Source: an uncultured Holophagales bacterium (GTDB taxonomy: Bacteria > Acidobacteriota > Thermoanaerobaculia > Multivoradales > UBA5704). Taken from it: 64,000 nucleotides of DNA. Under the pieces are notes generated by a model, which saw nothing but the letters and a program-made list of their open reading frames with translations, searched no databases and had not been told where the DNA came from. Every line of letters starts with the position of its first letter. Position 1 is the first letter of the stretch. Below, one piece after another: positions 1 through 10,513 of the stretch. Location of the stretch: NCBI GenBank assembly GCA_963842525.1, contig CAWJGT010000006.1, forward strand, positions 32,001 through 96,000. Reading direction: 5' to 3'. The position numbers were made by a program, and so were the translations under genes.

Positions 1-922
1 AATCCTTGTAGTAGGCCGCCAGGGCAGCGGTCACGTCGGCGAAGCGCTCCAGATCCTCGGGATCGACCGAGAGGTCGCCCTCCGGCATGGCATCCCACAG
101 CCGCCGGCAGACCACCTGGAGCTGCACCGGCTCGACATGCTGGCCGATCACGGGCACGAACGAGCCGTCGTCCTGCTGCACCTTGACCGTCGCCAGGTCG
201 GTCACCAGCTTGTCGACCGCCGGGAACTCGCGGCCTGCGTCGCGCGCCGGCAGGACGATCGCCTCGCGGGCCGCGTTGAGGCTCAGCAGGTCGATCCGGA
301 AACGGTTCTTGAGATGCGTGGGCACCTGCCGGGCGTAGGGGTCGAGAGGAGCCAGATAGTCCTCGCGCAGCGCGAAGAGGGCCCACACCCGCGGGTTGCG
401 CAGCAGCTCGCCCAACTGATCGAAAAACTCATGCTTGGCCGCGACCCCCAGCGGATCGACGGTCAGGACCTCCTCGAATTGATCAAAGAGAAGGATTACG
501 TTCGGCGGCGCCGACCGCCGCCGCGGACGCTTTTCGAAGTAGCCTGCCAGGGTCTGGCCGGCGAGCACCTCCACCGGCCGGCGCAGGCTCTCGGGGACCT
601 TTTCCTCGAACCCCCGGATCGCGCTCAGCGCGTAGCGGTTCCTTGCGGCGTCGATCGCCGAAGCCAGCTCCGTGTTGACGCGGGTGGGGCCCCAGACATC
701 GAACGAGCGGGCGAGCAGCGGCAGCAGGCCTGCCTGCACCAGCGAGCTCTTGCCCGCCCCGGACGGCGAATGGAGCAGCATGATGCGCTCGGCATTGAGG
801 CGGAGATGCAGCTCGCCGACCTCGCGCTCACGGCCATAGAGCCGATCGCCCGGCTCGAACGGCTGCGGGCCGACGAAGGGATTTGGGCCGGCCTTCCCCT
901 CACCCAACCGTGACCCAGTCAT
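1..922 (-). CDS. nSTAND1-type P-loop NTPase, copy 1 (5' part only; runs off window start)
   Basis: Manual translation from ATG 922: MTGSRLGEGKAGPNPFVGPQPFEPGDRLYGRE...LLHSPSGAGKSSLVQAGL (Walker A)...FDQFEE (Walker B). Clear paralog of 3792-7488. Overlaps the stop of the upstream CHAT-SIR2 gene. Confidence 0.85.
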   Translation of the reverse strand, partial: MTGSRLGEGKAGPNPFVGPQPFEPGDRLYGREREVGELHLRLNAERIMLLHSPSGAGKSSLVQAGLLPLLARSFDVWGPTRVNTELASAIDAARNRYALSAIRGFEEKVPESLRRPVEVLAGQTLAGYFEKRPRRRSAPPNVILLFDQFEEVLTVDPLGVAAKHEFFDQLGELLRNPRVWALFALREDYLAPLDPYARQVPTHLKNRFRIDLLSLNAAREAIVLPARDAGREFPAVDKLVTDLATVKVQQDDGSFVPVIGQHVEPVQLQVVCRRLWDAMPEGDLSVDPEDLERFADVTAALAAYYKD

Positions 923-3032
923 CCTCTTCAGCCTCCTTGGCGGCGCTCGACGCGTCCGCGGCGGTCGCCGCGAGCTGGTCCCGCAGCTCCTTCAGGAAGT
1001 CGGCGGCGGTGCCCCAGTAGATATCGATCTGCGGCGCGCCGAGGCCGGCGCCGAGGTATTCGTCAAGGTATTCACGGGCACGCTCGACGTCGGCCAGGCT
1101 ATGGGCCTCGGGGTCGACCTGCACCCCGACGTGAGCGAAGTCGTTGAGCTTGATCCTGCCTTGGAGGGACATGATCAAACGGAAGAGGACGCGGAACGAC
1201 AGATCGTCGAGCGTGAAGCCCAGGAAGAGCAGCGAGCTTGCGACCAGGGTGCCGCTCACCGCAAAGGGCATGAGCTTGTACTCGGCGGCCGTGATCAAAT
1301 AGTCGAGGTAATCGTCCTCGGTCAGGACCAGCGAATCTTCTTTCCCCTTGCTGAAGACGCCGAAGGGGTAGTACACGATCGGTTTTTCCCACTGCGGCTC
1401 GCCCTCGTAGGGCGGCTCGGTGGCGTGGCTGTCCCGGGTCCAGCGCCACTTGCAATAGAGCGGTTTCGGCTCGCGGCCGGCGGCGAGGAGGGACAGGTGC
1501 AGAACGCGATCGGCGCTGGCGGTGACGTAGACCTTCGCCCGGAGGCCGGCCAGAATGCGAAACGGGTCGTCCTCCCCGGCCTCATCCTGCGTGCGTTTGA
1601 GGGCCGCTTCGAAAAGCTTGGGCTCGTTCGCCAGGTCGGGGTAGCGCCGCCGGATCTCGGCCCTGAGCTGCTCGGCGACGGCGTCGCGGGCATACTTGGG
1701 CTTCCCGGTGACGGCGAGGTACTGGGCGACCTTGGCGAGGTCCGAGCGGTGGTGGGGCTCGAGAGGAAAGCCGTGCGCCGCGGCAAGCCGCTCGGCCCGC
1801 TCGCGCGCGGTGCCGTAGAGATGCTCCCCGATGTCGGGGCCGAGGATCGGTACGCAGCAACCCTGACGGACATTGCTGGTAATGGAATGCCATCTTTTGA
1901 GCTGGGCTTCTTCGCCCGCTTCGCCTGCTTCGCCCGCGAAGCCCGGCTGGTACCACAGGCGCCCGCTCTTCAGCCGCAGGGTGAGCGCCGGCATCCAGGC
2001 GTCGGGCCGGTCGCGCACGGTGCCGCGGGCCACGGCGAGGGCGCGATCGATCCGGCCGTCCTTGCTCAGCTCGGAGAAGAAGACCGGGATCAGTTTCTCC
2101 ACGGTCTCCATGCTGATCTGGCCCTGCATGGCGATCACCGCGGTCACGCCGGCCTCGGCCAGCAGCGGCGCCAGCGCGGCCTGGGTGGCGCCGTCCGCCG
2201 TGCCGCCGCTCTCGCAGGACGCGAGGACTGCGAGCCGCGGCGGCTGCGGCAGCTCGCCGATGCGCTCGGCCAGCGCGGCGCCTGCGACGTGGGCGGCCTT
2301 CCCGGTCTCGTCCTGGAGGTAGAGCCAGGGGATCTGGCCGCGGATCTGGTCGCGGATGAGCGCGCCGTGGCAGACCAGATAGAGGACGTCGGTCCCCTCG
2401 CGCAACCGGGCAATCAGCCGCTCCAGGGTCAGCGGCTCCTCGCGGCCGAGGACGGCGGGCCGGATGCTGCCGAGCCCTTTCTCGGCGCGGTCGATCTCGC
2501 CGTCGAGGTCCACCTCCGCGAGCTTGTACGCGGCGAGGTCGGACGGCGCGGCGACGGCGACGAGGGCCTGGAGGTCCGCCTTGCGGCGGAGCTTGACCGG
2601 GCGCCAGTCCTGGCTGACCAGGAAGCGGGAGAAGAGCGTCTTTTCCGACGTGGCGAGCGGCGCCCGGGTGTCGGGGTCGCGGAGCAGCTCCCAGCGCAGG
2701 CCATTGAGCTCGGGAACGGACGGCCCGACCAGGAGCCGCAGACGCAGGAACCGCTCGCTCGCCGCGACCGCCGCTTTGACCCGGCCGTAGAGGCCGCGCA
2801 CCCGTTCGTCGGCGAAGATCTGTGCGGCAAGGGCCTCGCCATAGGCCCGGGGATCCTGGTGCAGGGTCAACAGCTCTTCGAGGTCGAGGGCCGCCGGCCC
2901 TCTTTCCGGAGGCACTTCGGCCTCGCTCGCCGGGTCGTTGAAGCGCAGCTCGACCTGGAAGGCCTCGGCCGCCAGCCGGGAGAGGCCGATCTCGAGCTCG
3001 GGGTAGAGGGTGGGGGAGGGGTTGGCTTTCAT
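900..3032 (-). CDS. CHAT (caspase-like) protease + SIR2-like (SIR2_2) domain protein, copy 1
   Basis: CHAT dyad motifs LYLVCHG and VLASCESG, then AVIAMQ. C-terminal half has VPILGPD...LVLTEDDYLDYL...SLLFLGFTLDD, typical of SIR2_2. Confidence 0.85.
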   Translation of the reverse strand: MKANPSPTLYPELEIGLSRLAAEAFQVELRFNDPASEAEVPPERGPAALDLEELLTLHQDPRAYGEALAAQIFADERVRGLYGRVKAAVAASERFLRLRLLVGPSVPELNGLRWELLRDPDTRAPLATSEKTLFSRFLVSQDWRPVKLRRKADLQALVAVAAPSDLAAYKLAEVDLDGEIDRAEKGLGSIRPAVLGREEPLTLERLIARLREGTDVLYLVCHGALIRDQIRGQIPWLYLQDETGKAAHVAGAALAERIGELPQPPRLAVLASCESGGTADGATQAALAPLLAEAGVTAVIAMQGQISMETVEKLIPVFFSELSKDGRIDRALAVARGTVRDRPDAWMPALTLRLKSGRLWYQPGFAGEAGEAGEEAQLKRWHSITSNVRQGCCVPILGPDIGEHLYGTARERAERLAAAHGFPLEPHHRSDLAKVAQYLAVTGKPKYARDAVAEQLRAEIRRRYPDLANEPKLFEAALKRTQDEAGEDDPFRILAGLRAKVYVTASADRVLHLSLLAAGREPKPLYCKWRWTRDSHATEPPYEGEPQWEKPIVYYPFGVFSKGKEDSLVLTEDDYLDYLITAAEYKLMPFAVSGTLVASSLLFLGFTLDDLSFRVLFRLIMSLQGRIKLNDFAHVGVQVDPEAHSLADVERAREYLDEYLGAGLGAPQIDIYWGTAADFLKELRDQLAATAADASSAAKEAEEDDWVTVG

Positions 3033-3080
3033 GGTCGCGCCGGTGCCACGACGGCATTCTGTTGATTCTTTGAGGCTTGC

Positions 3081-3497
3081 CTACTTCCAGTAAGGCTTTA
3101 CACCCAGTGGCGACAGCTTTTTCTGGAGAGGCCGGTCGAATGTGGCAACGGCGTCATAATGTCCACCGATCGCCACGGCCGCGAAGATCGCATCCCCAAA
3201 GGAGGAGATGTGGTCCGGCCAGTGCTCGAGCACCAGGCTCCAGGAGGCCTTCTCTCCAGGGATCACACCGGGCATGGCGAGCAGTTTCCCCAAAGCGCCG
3301 GCCACGTCCGAAGGAGGAAAATTGTAGAGGTTGCAGAGGACGGAGACCATCTCCGAAATGGAGACGGTGTGCAGGACGAGGAGGTGTTCCTGGCCGGCCG
3401 CGGCTGCGAAGAGAGCGGTAGCCCTCTCCTGCTGCTCCTGGTTCCTGTCGGTCAGGAAAGAGACCAGGACGTTCGTGTCGACCAGGATCTCTTTCAA
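3081..3497 (-). CDS. vapC: PIN-domain VapC-type toxin
   Basis: ILVDTNVLV...SISE...[11 protein letters not shown]...VATFD acidic PIN motifs; 138 aa; 4-nt overlap with the antitoxin. Confidence 0.85.
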   Translation of the reverse strand: MKEILVDTNVLVSFLTDRNQEQQERATALFAAAAGQEHLLVLHTVSISEMVSVLCNLYNFPPSDVAGALGKLLAMPGVIPGEKASWSLVLEHWPDHISSFGDAIFAAVAIGGHYDAVATFDRPLQKKLSPLGVKPYWK

Positions 3498-3730
3498 GCG
3501 CCTTCCGTCCCCATCCGCTCTCTGGCTCTACGGACATCTTCCACCGGGTCCCCCGGGCCCACCTTGAAGCTTCCTCGAAGGTCGAGGAATGCCCGGCTGG
3601 AGGCCGTCACCCGGATATGGTCTCCCGCCAGATCCCACTGGAGCATGTCGCTCGGCCCGACCCCGAGCCTCTCCCGGACCTCCTTGGGAACCGTTGTCTG
3701 GTACTTCACAGTGATTGTGGACTTTGGCAC
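3494..3730 (-). CDS. AbrB/MazE-family antitoxin (VapB-like)
   Basis: [25 protein letters not shown] AbrB-fold motif; GTG at 3730 preceded by AAGGAG. Confidence 0.8.
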   Translation of the reverse strand: MPKSTITVKYQTTVPKEVRERLGVGPSDMLQWDLAGDHIRVTASSRAFLDLRGSFKVGPGDPVEDVRRARERMGTEGA

Positions 3731-3791
3731 GACGGTCTCCTTACCTTTAGTGTAGGTTTGGTAAGGAGGCCGGGTCAAGCTACTCGGCCGA

Positions 3792-6700
3792 CTACCGCGC
3801 CTCCCGGCACTCCCGGTAGGCGCGCCAGGCTTCCACATAGCTCTCGGGCCGGCTCTCCGGCGCCTCGCCCAACCGCGCGAAAAAGACCGGCACGCAGTCC
3901 TTGCAGACTTGGAACTGGTGCTCCGCGGCTTCCTTGGTCTCGCCGAGAGCTTCGATCCGTACCGCGGGATCCAGGCAGAGCTCGTTGCGGGCGCGCAGGC
4001 GGCCGAGAAGGTAGCTGGTGTAGTCGCTGGGATTGGCCCACAGCCGCACGGTGTCCGCCGCGGCGACCAGGATGCGCGAGCCGTCCGGGCTGAAGGAGGC
4101 AGCCGTGACCCTGTTTCCTTGTCCTTGCAGTGTCCTCAAGGGCTCTCCCGTCTCCGCGTTCCAGAGCTGTGCGTTGTCCTCGGAAGCCGTGCCGACCCAG
4201 GTGCCGTTCGGGCTGAAGGCGGCGGCGGTGACCTCCGCTCCGTGCCCCTCCAAGGTGACGAGAAGCTGTCCCGTCTTGGTGTCCCAGATCCGGGCCGTCT
4301 GATCGGCGGACGCCGTCACGAGCCGGGTGCCGTCCGGGCTGAACGAGACGCTGCCGACGCTCCCGCCGTGCCCCGTCAGGGGTGCAATCAACTCGAGAGT
4401 CTTGGCGTTCCAGATGCGCGCCGTGCGGTCGGCGGACGCCGTCGCGATCCGCCTGCCGTCCCGGCTGAACGCCACAGCCGTAACTTCTTGGGTGTCCGGG
4501 AGGTCCGCGATCGGTTTTTGCGAGCTGACGTCCCAGATCCTCGCCGGCTGGTTGCGGGAGGCGGTCACGACCCGGGAGCCATCCGGGCTGAAAACGGCGT
4601 CCAGGATCTCGCCATCAGCGAACCGGGCGACCTCGGCGCCCGAGGCGGCGTCGCGGATCTGCGCCGTCGTCTCCTTTCCCTCCCTGCATACAGCCAGCAG
4701 GGAGCGGCCGTCGGGGCTGAAGGAGATGCCGGAGATCCTGTTGCACGGCCATACCCGCGAGCGAATGGCCTGCAAGGCGGTATCCCGGATGGTGCTCGTG
4801 GTCGTGCTGTTCCCGCCGATGCCCGTCACGGAGGCGGTCACGATGCGGGACCCGTCCCTGTTGAAGGAGGCGCCGGTGATCCGGCTCTCGGCGGCCTGCC
4901 GCACGGCGAGCTCCTCTCCCAGCAGGGCCTCCTCCCCGAGGGTCCATAGGCGGGCCGTGCCGTCCGCAGAAGCTGTCACGATGCGCGAGCCGTCGGGACT
5001 GAACGATGCGGAACGGACCGCGGCCGTATGGCCTCCGAGAATGGCGATCTCCGTTCCCTTGTCGACGTCCCAGACGCGCGCCGTCTCATCGTCCGAAGCC
5101 GTCACCACAAAGCGGCCGTTCGGACTGAAGGACGCGGACCGGAGGCCGGCTCCGTGACGCAGCGGCTCGCCCAAGGGCTGCCCGGTCGCCACGTCCCACA
5201 CTCGTGCGGCGCCGTCCCGGGAAGCCGTCACCACGCGCTGGCCGTCCGGACTGAACGCGGCGAACCGGACGGCCTCTCGATGGAGCAACGGCTCGCCAAT
5301 CTGCTCGCCAGTCGCCAAGTCCCACAGCCGCGCCGTGCGGTCGAAAGAGGCAGTCACGATCCACCGGCCGTCCAGGCTGAACGACGCGGACACAACGCCC
5401 CTTTCATGGCCTACCAGCTTGACCAACGGATTGCCCGCCGCATCCCACAGCCGCGCGGTCCTGTCGGTGGAAGCCGTCACGATCCGCGAGCCGTCCGGAC
5501 TGAACGAAGCGAAACTGACCCTGTCGGCATGGGAAAGCGGCTCGCCCAGCGGTTGGCCCGTCGCCGCATCCCACAGCCGCGCCGACTTGTCAGACGCCGT
5601 CACCAACCGCCGGCCGTCCGGGCTGAACGACGCGGAGCTCACGGCCTCGGCGTGAAGCAGTGGCTTGCCCAACGGCTGACCCGTCGCAGCATCCCACACG
5701 CGCGCCGTGCGATCGGCGGACGCCGTCACCACCCGCCGGCCATCCGGGCTGAACGATGCGGCAACCACCCTGCCTTCATGCTTCAGAATGGCGGAAGTTT
5801 GCGATTCGCGCTTTCCGGCCAGAACGGCCAGAGCCCTGCGAAGCGCGTCGACTGTCGTTGCAGCTTGTTCCGTTCCGCGTACCTCTAGTAGGACGAGACC
5901 GGCTTGCAAGGGTTGCGTTGCGAGCAGCCTGGCGCCGGCGCCCTCGCAGACCAGATTGTGCACCCGGCGCGCCGCCTGCTGCGCCTTCCACCATTGCAGC
6001 GCTGCGAAGCCGCCGACGAGGAGAGCGGCGGCGGCGAGGACCATCGCGGCGATCCCGAGCTTGCGGATGCGCCGCGCCTGGAGCGCTTGCTGCCGGGCCG
6101 CGGCGACCGCACCGGCCGAGGCATCGAGGTACCGGCGCTCCTCGGCCGTGCAGCTCCGCCGCATGTGCGGCGGCCCAGGCCTCGGCCTCCGCCAGCTCGT
6201 TCGCCGCCAGGAGCAGCCCGGAAGGCCTGCTCTCGCTCTCCCACAGTGCGGCCCGCCTCTGGACAGCGTTCAGATGCTTCTCGCGCCAGGCGGCATTGTC
6301 CTCCCGCACCGGCTTGATGAGCCGGTCGTGGGCCAGCTCGTACCAGGTGGCGCCGGCGCGATTCTCGGCCCGCACCAGATGGGAGGCCTGCAACTTTTCG
6401 ATGAGGTCGTTGGCCAGGCCCTCGCTCTCCCGGGCGCCCTTGAGCACCTGGGCGCGGATGCCGCCCGGAGTGATCAGCCGCTCGCCGGCCCAGTCGCGGA
6501 TCTCCCGCTCGCGGCCGAGGTCGCCGCCGCCGATCCGCGCCACGGCATCGGCGTAGTAGTCGGCCAGGGCCCGGTCGACGTTGCCGAAACGCTCGAGATC
6601 TTCCTCCTCGATCGAGAGGTCGCCCTCCGGCATGGCATCCCAGAGGCGATGGCAAACCACCTGGAGCTGCACCGGCTCCACGTGGTTGCCGGTCTGTTCC

Positions 6701-7488
6701 GCGAAGGAGCCGTCCGGTTGCTGCACCTTCGTCGTCGCCAGGTCGTGCACCAGCTTGCCGGCGGCGGGGAACTCCCGGCCCTTGTCCCGCGCCGGGTTGA
6801 CGATCGCCTCCCGCGCCGCGGCGAGCCCCAGCAGGTCGATGCGGAAGCGGTTCTTGAGATGGGTCGGCACCCGGTCGGCGTACGGATCGAGGGGCGCCAG
6901 GTAGTCCTCGCGCAGCAGGAAGAGCGCCCAGAGAAGTGGATTGTGCAGCAGCTCGCCGAGCTGGTTGAAAAACTCCTTCTTGGCCGCCACGGCCAAGGGA
7001 TCGACGGTGAGCACCTCTTCGAACTGATCGAAGATCAGGACGGCGCCCGGCGGCGAGCCGGGCTTCTTCGGCCGCCGGGTGGCGTACTCGGCGAGAGTGA
7101 GGCCGGCGAGCTCCGCCGCCGGACGGCGCAGCCTCTGCGGAATCCCCTCCTCGAAACCGAGGATCGCGCTGTGCACGTAGCGGTTGACCCTCACCTCCCC
7201 CGGCTCCTGGTTCACCCGGGTGGGCCGCCAGACGTCGAACGTTTCGCGCAGACGCGGGATGAGGCCGGCCTGGACCAGCGAGCTCTTGCCGGCGCCGGAC
7301 GGCGAATGGAGGAGGACGATGCGCTCGGCGCTCAGCAGGAAATAGAGCGCGGCGATCTCCTCGTCGCGCCCCCACAACCGTTCGCCGAGCTCGATCGGGC
7401 GCGGCCCGACATAGGGATTCCGCGTCGCGGACGCCATCTTCGCCCAGGTCTCGTCCAGGGCGTTGCGCACTGCCTCAGAACCAGCCAC
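3792..7488 (-). CDS. nSTAND1-type NTPase - transmembrane helix - WD40 beta-propeller protein, copy 2 (one frameshift near 6150)
   Basis: NPYVGPRP, HSPSGAGKSS, VLIFDQFEE and ELAHD in ORF 5776-7488. ORF 3792-6164 continues with a hydrophobic helix (LGIAAMVLAAAALLVGGFAAL) and about 14 ASFSPDG..VTAS.D.TAR.WD repeats. The two join as ...AAAHAAEL/TAEERRYLDAS. Confidence 0.85.
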
Positions 7489-9607
7489 CGCTCATCACCG
7501 CCGTTTTGGAGACCTCTTCCTCATCCTCTGCGGCCGTCTTCACGAGCTGCGATTTCAGCTCTTTCAGAAAATCGGCCGCGCTTCCCCAGTAGATGTCGAT
7601 CCGCGGCTCGCCGCGCCCGCGCCCGGCGCTGCGGTCGGCGCCAAAGTAGCTCTGCAGATACTTCCGTGCCCGCTCGACATCGGCCTTGCTGTGCACCTCG
7701 GGGTCGACCTGGACGCCGACGTGGGAGAACTGCTTGAGGTTGGCGCAACCCTCGAGGGTCATGATCAGCCGGAAGAGGACGCGAAACGTCCAGCCGTCGA
7801 GGGGAAAACCGAGGAACAGCAGCGAGCTTTCGGTGAGGGAGCCGCGCACCACGGTGGGCACCAGCTTGTAGGCTGCTGTGGCGATCAGGTAGTCGAAGAA
7901 GTCGTCCTCGGTCAAGACCAGGGAGTCCGGCTGGCCGAAGACGCCGAAGACTTGATAGACGATCGGCTTCTCGGCGCTCGGCTTGCCCTCGAAACGCGGC
8001 TCGCGGGGGTGGTTCTCCTCCGTCGGCCGCCAGTTGCTGGCGAGCAGGGTCGGCTGCCGGCCGGCCGCCTGCAGGGACTTGTAGAGCAGCGTCTCGGCGC
8101 TGGCATTGATGTAGATCCTGCCCGGCAGCTCGGCGAGGATGTGATAGGGGCAGGTCTCATCGCTGCGCTGGCCGGCGGTGTCTGCGACGATGGCATCGAG
8201 GATCTCGGGCAGCCGGCGGCCTCTGAGGGTATCGTCCAGGAGGCTGTTGCGCTTCAGGATCTGCGCACGGAGGTGCTTGAGCACGGCGGCCTGGGCGTAC
8301 TCCCGGTCCTGGTCGATGCTCAGGTACTGCGTCACTTTGGCCAGGTCGGTGCTCGCTTCGTCGTCCAGGGGGAACTTCTCGGCATCGGCCAGACGGCCGG
8401 CGAGCTCCCGGGTGGTGCCGATGAGGGTCTCCCCGAAGTCCGGACCGAGGATGGGGATGAACTTGCCTTTCCGCACCCGGCGGCAGATCGACTTCCACTT
8501 GGCGAAGTCGCCGGTTCCGGAGAAGCCCGGCTCGTACCAGATGCGTCCGCTCTTGAGCCGCAGATAGAGAGCCGGCATCCAGGCGTCGGGGCGCTCGCGC
8601 ACCGTCCCTCGCGCCACGGCCAGGGCACGGTCGATCTGGCCGTCCTTCTCCAGCTCGGAGAAGAAGACGGGAATGGCCGTCTTCACCGTCTCCATGCTGA
8701 TCCGGCCCTGCATCGCCACGACTGCCGGCACTCCCGCCTCGGCCAGGTGCGGAGCGAGCGCCGCCTGGGTGGAGCCGTCCGCCGTGCCGCCGCTCTCGCA
8801 GGAGGCGAGGACCACCAGCCGCGGCGGCGCCAGCAGCTCGCGGATCCGCTCGGCCAGTGCGGATCCCTCGACCCGGGCGACGTTGCCTTCGTCGTCCTGA
8901 AGGAACAGGTAGGGGGCCTGGCCGCGCGCCAGAGCGCCATGGCAGACCAGGTAGAGGATGTCGATGGCTCCCCCCTCGGCGCGCAACCGGGCCGCGAGGC
9001 GCTCGAGGGTCAACGGCTCGTCGCGGCCCAGCACGGTGCTGCGGATGTCCCCGAGGCCCTCCTGCGCGCGGGCGATCTCGCCGTCGCGGTCGACGGGAGC
9101 CAATTGATAGCGGGCGAGGTCGGGCGGCGCCGCGACCGCGATCACAGCCCGGAGGTCGGATTTCGGCCGCAGCTTCACCGGTCGCCAGTCCTGGCTGACC
9201 ATGAAGCGGGAGAAGAGGATCTTTTGCGACGTCCCCAGCGGAGCCTTCGTCTCCGGATCGGTGAGCAGCTCCCAGCGTACCGCGTTGAGCTCGGGGGCGG
9301 TGGGCCCCACCAGCAGCCGCAGGCGCAAGAGGTGGTTGCTCGCCTCCACCGCCGTCCTGGCCCGGCAATAGAGGAGGCGAACCTCCTCGGCGGCGAAGAC
9401 CTGCGCGGCGAGCGCCTCGCCATAGGCCCGCGCGTCCTGTTGCAGCGCCAGAAGCTCCGCGAGGTCCAAGGCGGCCAGCCCGCTCACCGGCGGAACCTCG
9501 GCCTCGCTCGCGGGATGGGTGAAGCGCAGATCCACCTGGTAGGCGTCGGCGGTCAGCCGGCGGAAGCCGACTTCGAGCTCGGCATACAGGTTGATGGCCG
9601 TGCTCAT
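7475..9607 (-). CDS. CHAT protease + SIR2-like domain protein, copy 2
   Basis: ILYLVCHG, VLASCESG, FIPILGPD, LVLTEDDFFDYL, SLLFLGFPLD; colinear with 900-3032. Confidence 0.85.
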   Translation of the reverse strand: MSTAINLYAELEVGFRRLTADAYQVDLRFTHPASEAEVPPVSGLAALDLAELLALQQDARAYGEALAAQVFAAEEVRLLYCRARTAVEASNHLLRLRLLVGPTAPELNAVRWELLTDPETKAPLGTSQKILFSRFMVSQDWRPVKLRPKSDLRAVIAVAAPPDLARYQLAPVDRDGEIARAQEGLGDIRSTVLGRDEPLTLERLAARLRAEGGAIDILYLVCHGALARGQAPYLFLQDDEGNVARVEGSALAERIRELLAPPRLVVLASCESGGTADGSTQAALAPHLAEAGVPAVVAMQGRISMETVKTAIPVFFSELEKDGQIDRALAVARGTVRERPDAWMPALYLRLKSGRIWYEPGFSGTGDFAKWKSICRRVRKGKFIPILGPDFGETLIGTTRELAGRLADAEKFPLDDEASTDLAKVTQYLSIDQDREYAQAAVLKHLRAQILKRNSLLDDTLRGRRLPEILDAIVADTAGQRSDETCPYHILAELPGRIYINASAETLLYKSLQAAGRQPTLLASNWRPTEENHPREPRFEGKPSAEKPIVYQVFGVFGQPDSLVLTEDDFFDYLIATAAYKLVPTVVRGSLTESSLLFLGFPLDGWTFRVLFRLIMTLEGCANLKQFSHVGVQVDPEVHSKADVERARKYLQSYFGADRSAGRGRGEPRIDIYWGSAADFLKELKSQLVKTAAEDEEEVSKTAVMSGGWF

Positions 9608-9811
9608 GGATCAGATCCCGTCCGTCGCACATTCGAAGGAAAGCACAGAGGCCTCCTGCTTCCTGCTCCTTGTTTATGATCTCTGCAATTATACCATGCC
9701 ACTGGTTCCTTCGCCGCGACGGGCCGTGATTTGACAGGGAACGCCGGGCTAGGGGCCGTTCCGGCGGAGCTTGCTGCGTCTCCGGGCAAGCTTGGGTCGT
9801 GAGCCCCCCGT

Positions 9812-9852
9812 CTGGGGGAGCGTTCCCCCAAGTCAGACGCGCGCTCCCCCAG
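9812..9852. terminator. GC-rich inverted repeat downstream of hslR, possible terminator or stabiliser
   Basis: CTGGGGGAGCG ... CGCTCCCCCAG arms; no clear U-tract. Confidence 0.3.
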
Positions 9853-9894
9853 TCGGTTGACCGCCCGGCGGGTGCGGAGAGGGGGCCAGGGGGC

Positions 9895-10305
9895 TCAGTC
9901 GTCTTCGAATTCGTCCAACTCGTCTGCCCCCGGTCCTTCCAGCAGACGGTCCATCTCGCGGCGGTCCTTCTTGGTGGGGCGGCCGGTTCCGGGGTCGCGG
10001 AGCATGGGCGGCCGGCGGAGCAGCCGCGCGTAGGGGTCCGGCGGCGGCTTGGGTGGGCTCTGATCCTCGTAGAGCGCCGCGGCCTCGGCCTTGGGGACGG
10101 GGCGGTCCTGCAGCTCCTGGACGATGAGAATCCGCTGCCAGTCCCCCTGCTTCAGCTCGATCCGGTCTCCCAGGACGAGGTGGCGGTGCGGCTTGGCGGG
10201 CTGGCCGTTGACCAGGACCCGCCCGAGGTCGCAGGCGTGCGTCGCCTTCGTGCGCGCCTTGAACATCCGCGCGACCTGGAGCCATTTGTCGAGCCGGACG
10301 GACAT
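9895..10305 (-). CDS. hslR: Ribosome-associated heat shock protein Hsp15 (S4 domain)
   Basis: VRLDKWLQVARMFKARTKA...NGQPAKP...GRPTKKDRR signature. Confidence 0.9.
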   Translation of the reverse strand: MSVRLDKWLQVARMFKARTKATHACDLGRVLVNGQPAKPHRHLVLGDRIELKQGDWQRILIVQELQDRPVPKAEAAALYEDQSPPKPPPDPYARLLRRPPMLRDPGTGRPTKKDRREMDRLLEGPGADELDEFEDD

Positions 10306-10383
10306 GCGGCAAGTCTAGCGCAGGGCGCGCTTGGTCCTCGTGGAGATTCGCAATGGTCCCGGGGCGTGCAGCCTCCCTGCCCC

Positions 10384-10408
10384 AGATCCTTCGCTACACT
10401 CAGGATGA
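10384..10408. repeat. Partial REP-like element at the left edge of the AT-richer island
   Basis: AGATCCTTCGCTACACTCAGGATGA resembles the widespread GATCCTTCGCT..GCTCAGGATGAC palindromic repeat (recalled). It is followed by a 10-bp tandem duplication ATACGACAGG x2. Confidence 0.4.
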
Positions 10409-10513
10409 TACGACAGGATACGACAGGTCTGGTGTCCAGGGACAGACCTTGTCAGCTCGCTAGAAGGCCGCATTGGAGAGCCGAAATTGAGACACTTATT
10501 TCGTGACGAGCCC

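Noticed and set aside
900-9607. Both CHAT-SIR2 proteins are exactly 710 aa, suggesting an assembly duplication
   Set aside because: The sequences are substantially diverged with different indels, so they are true paralogs and the equal length is coincidental.
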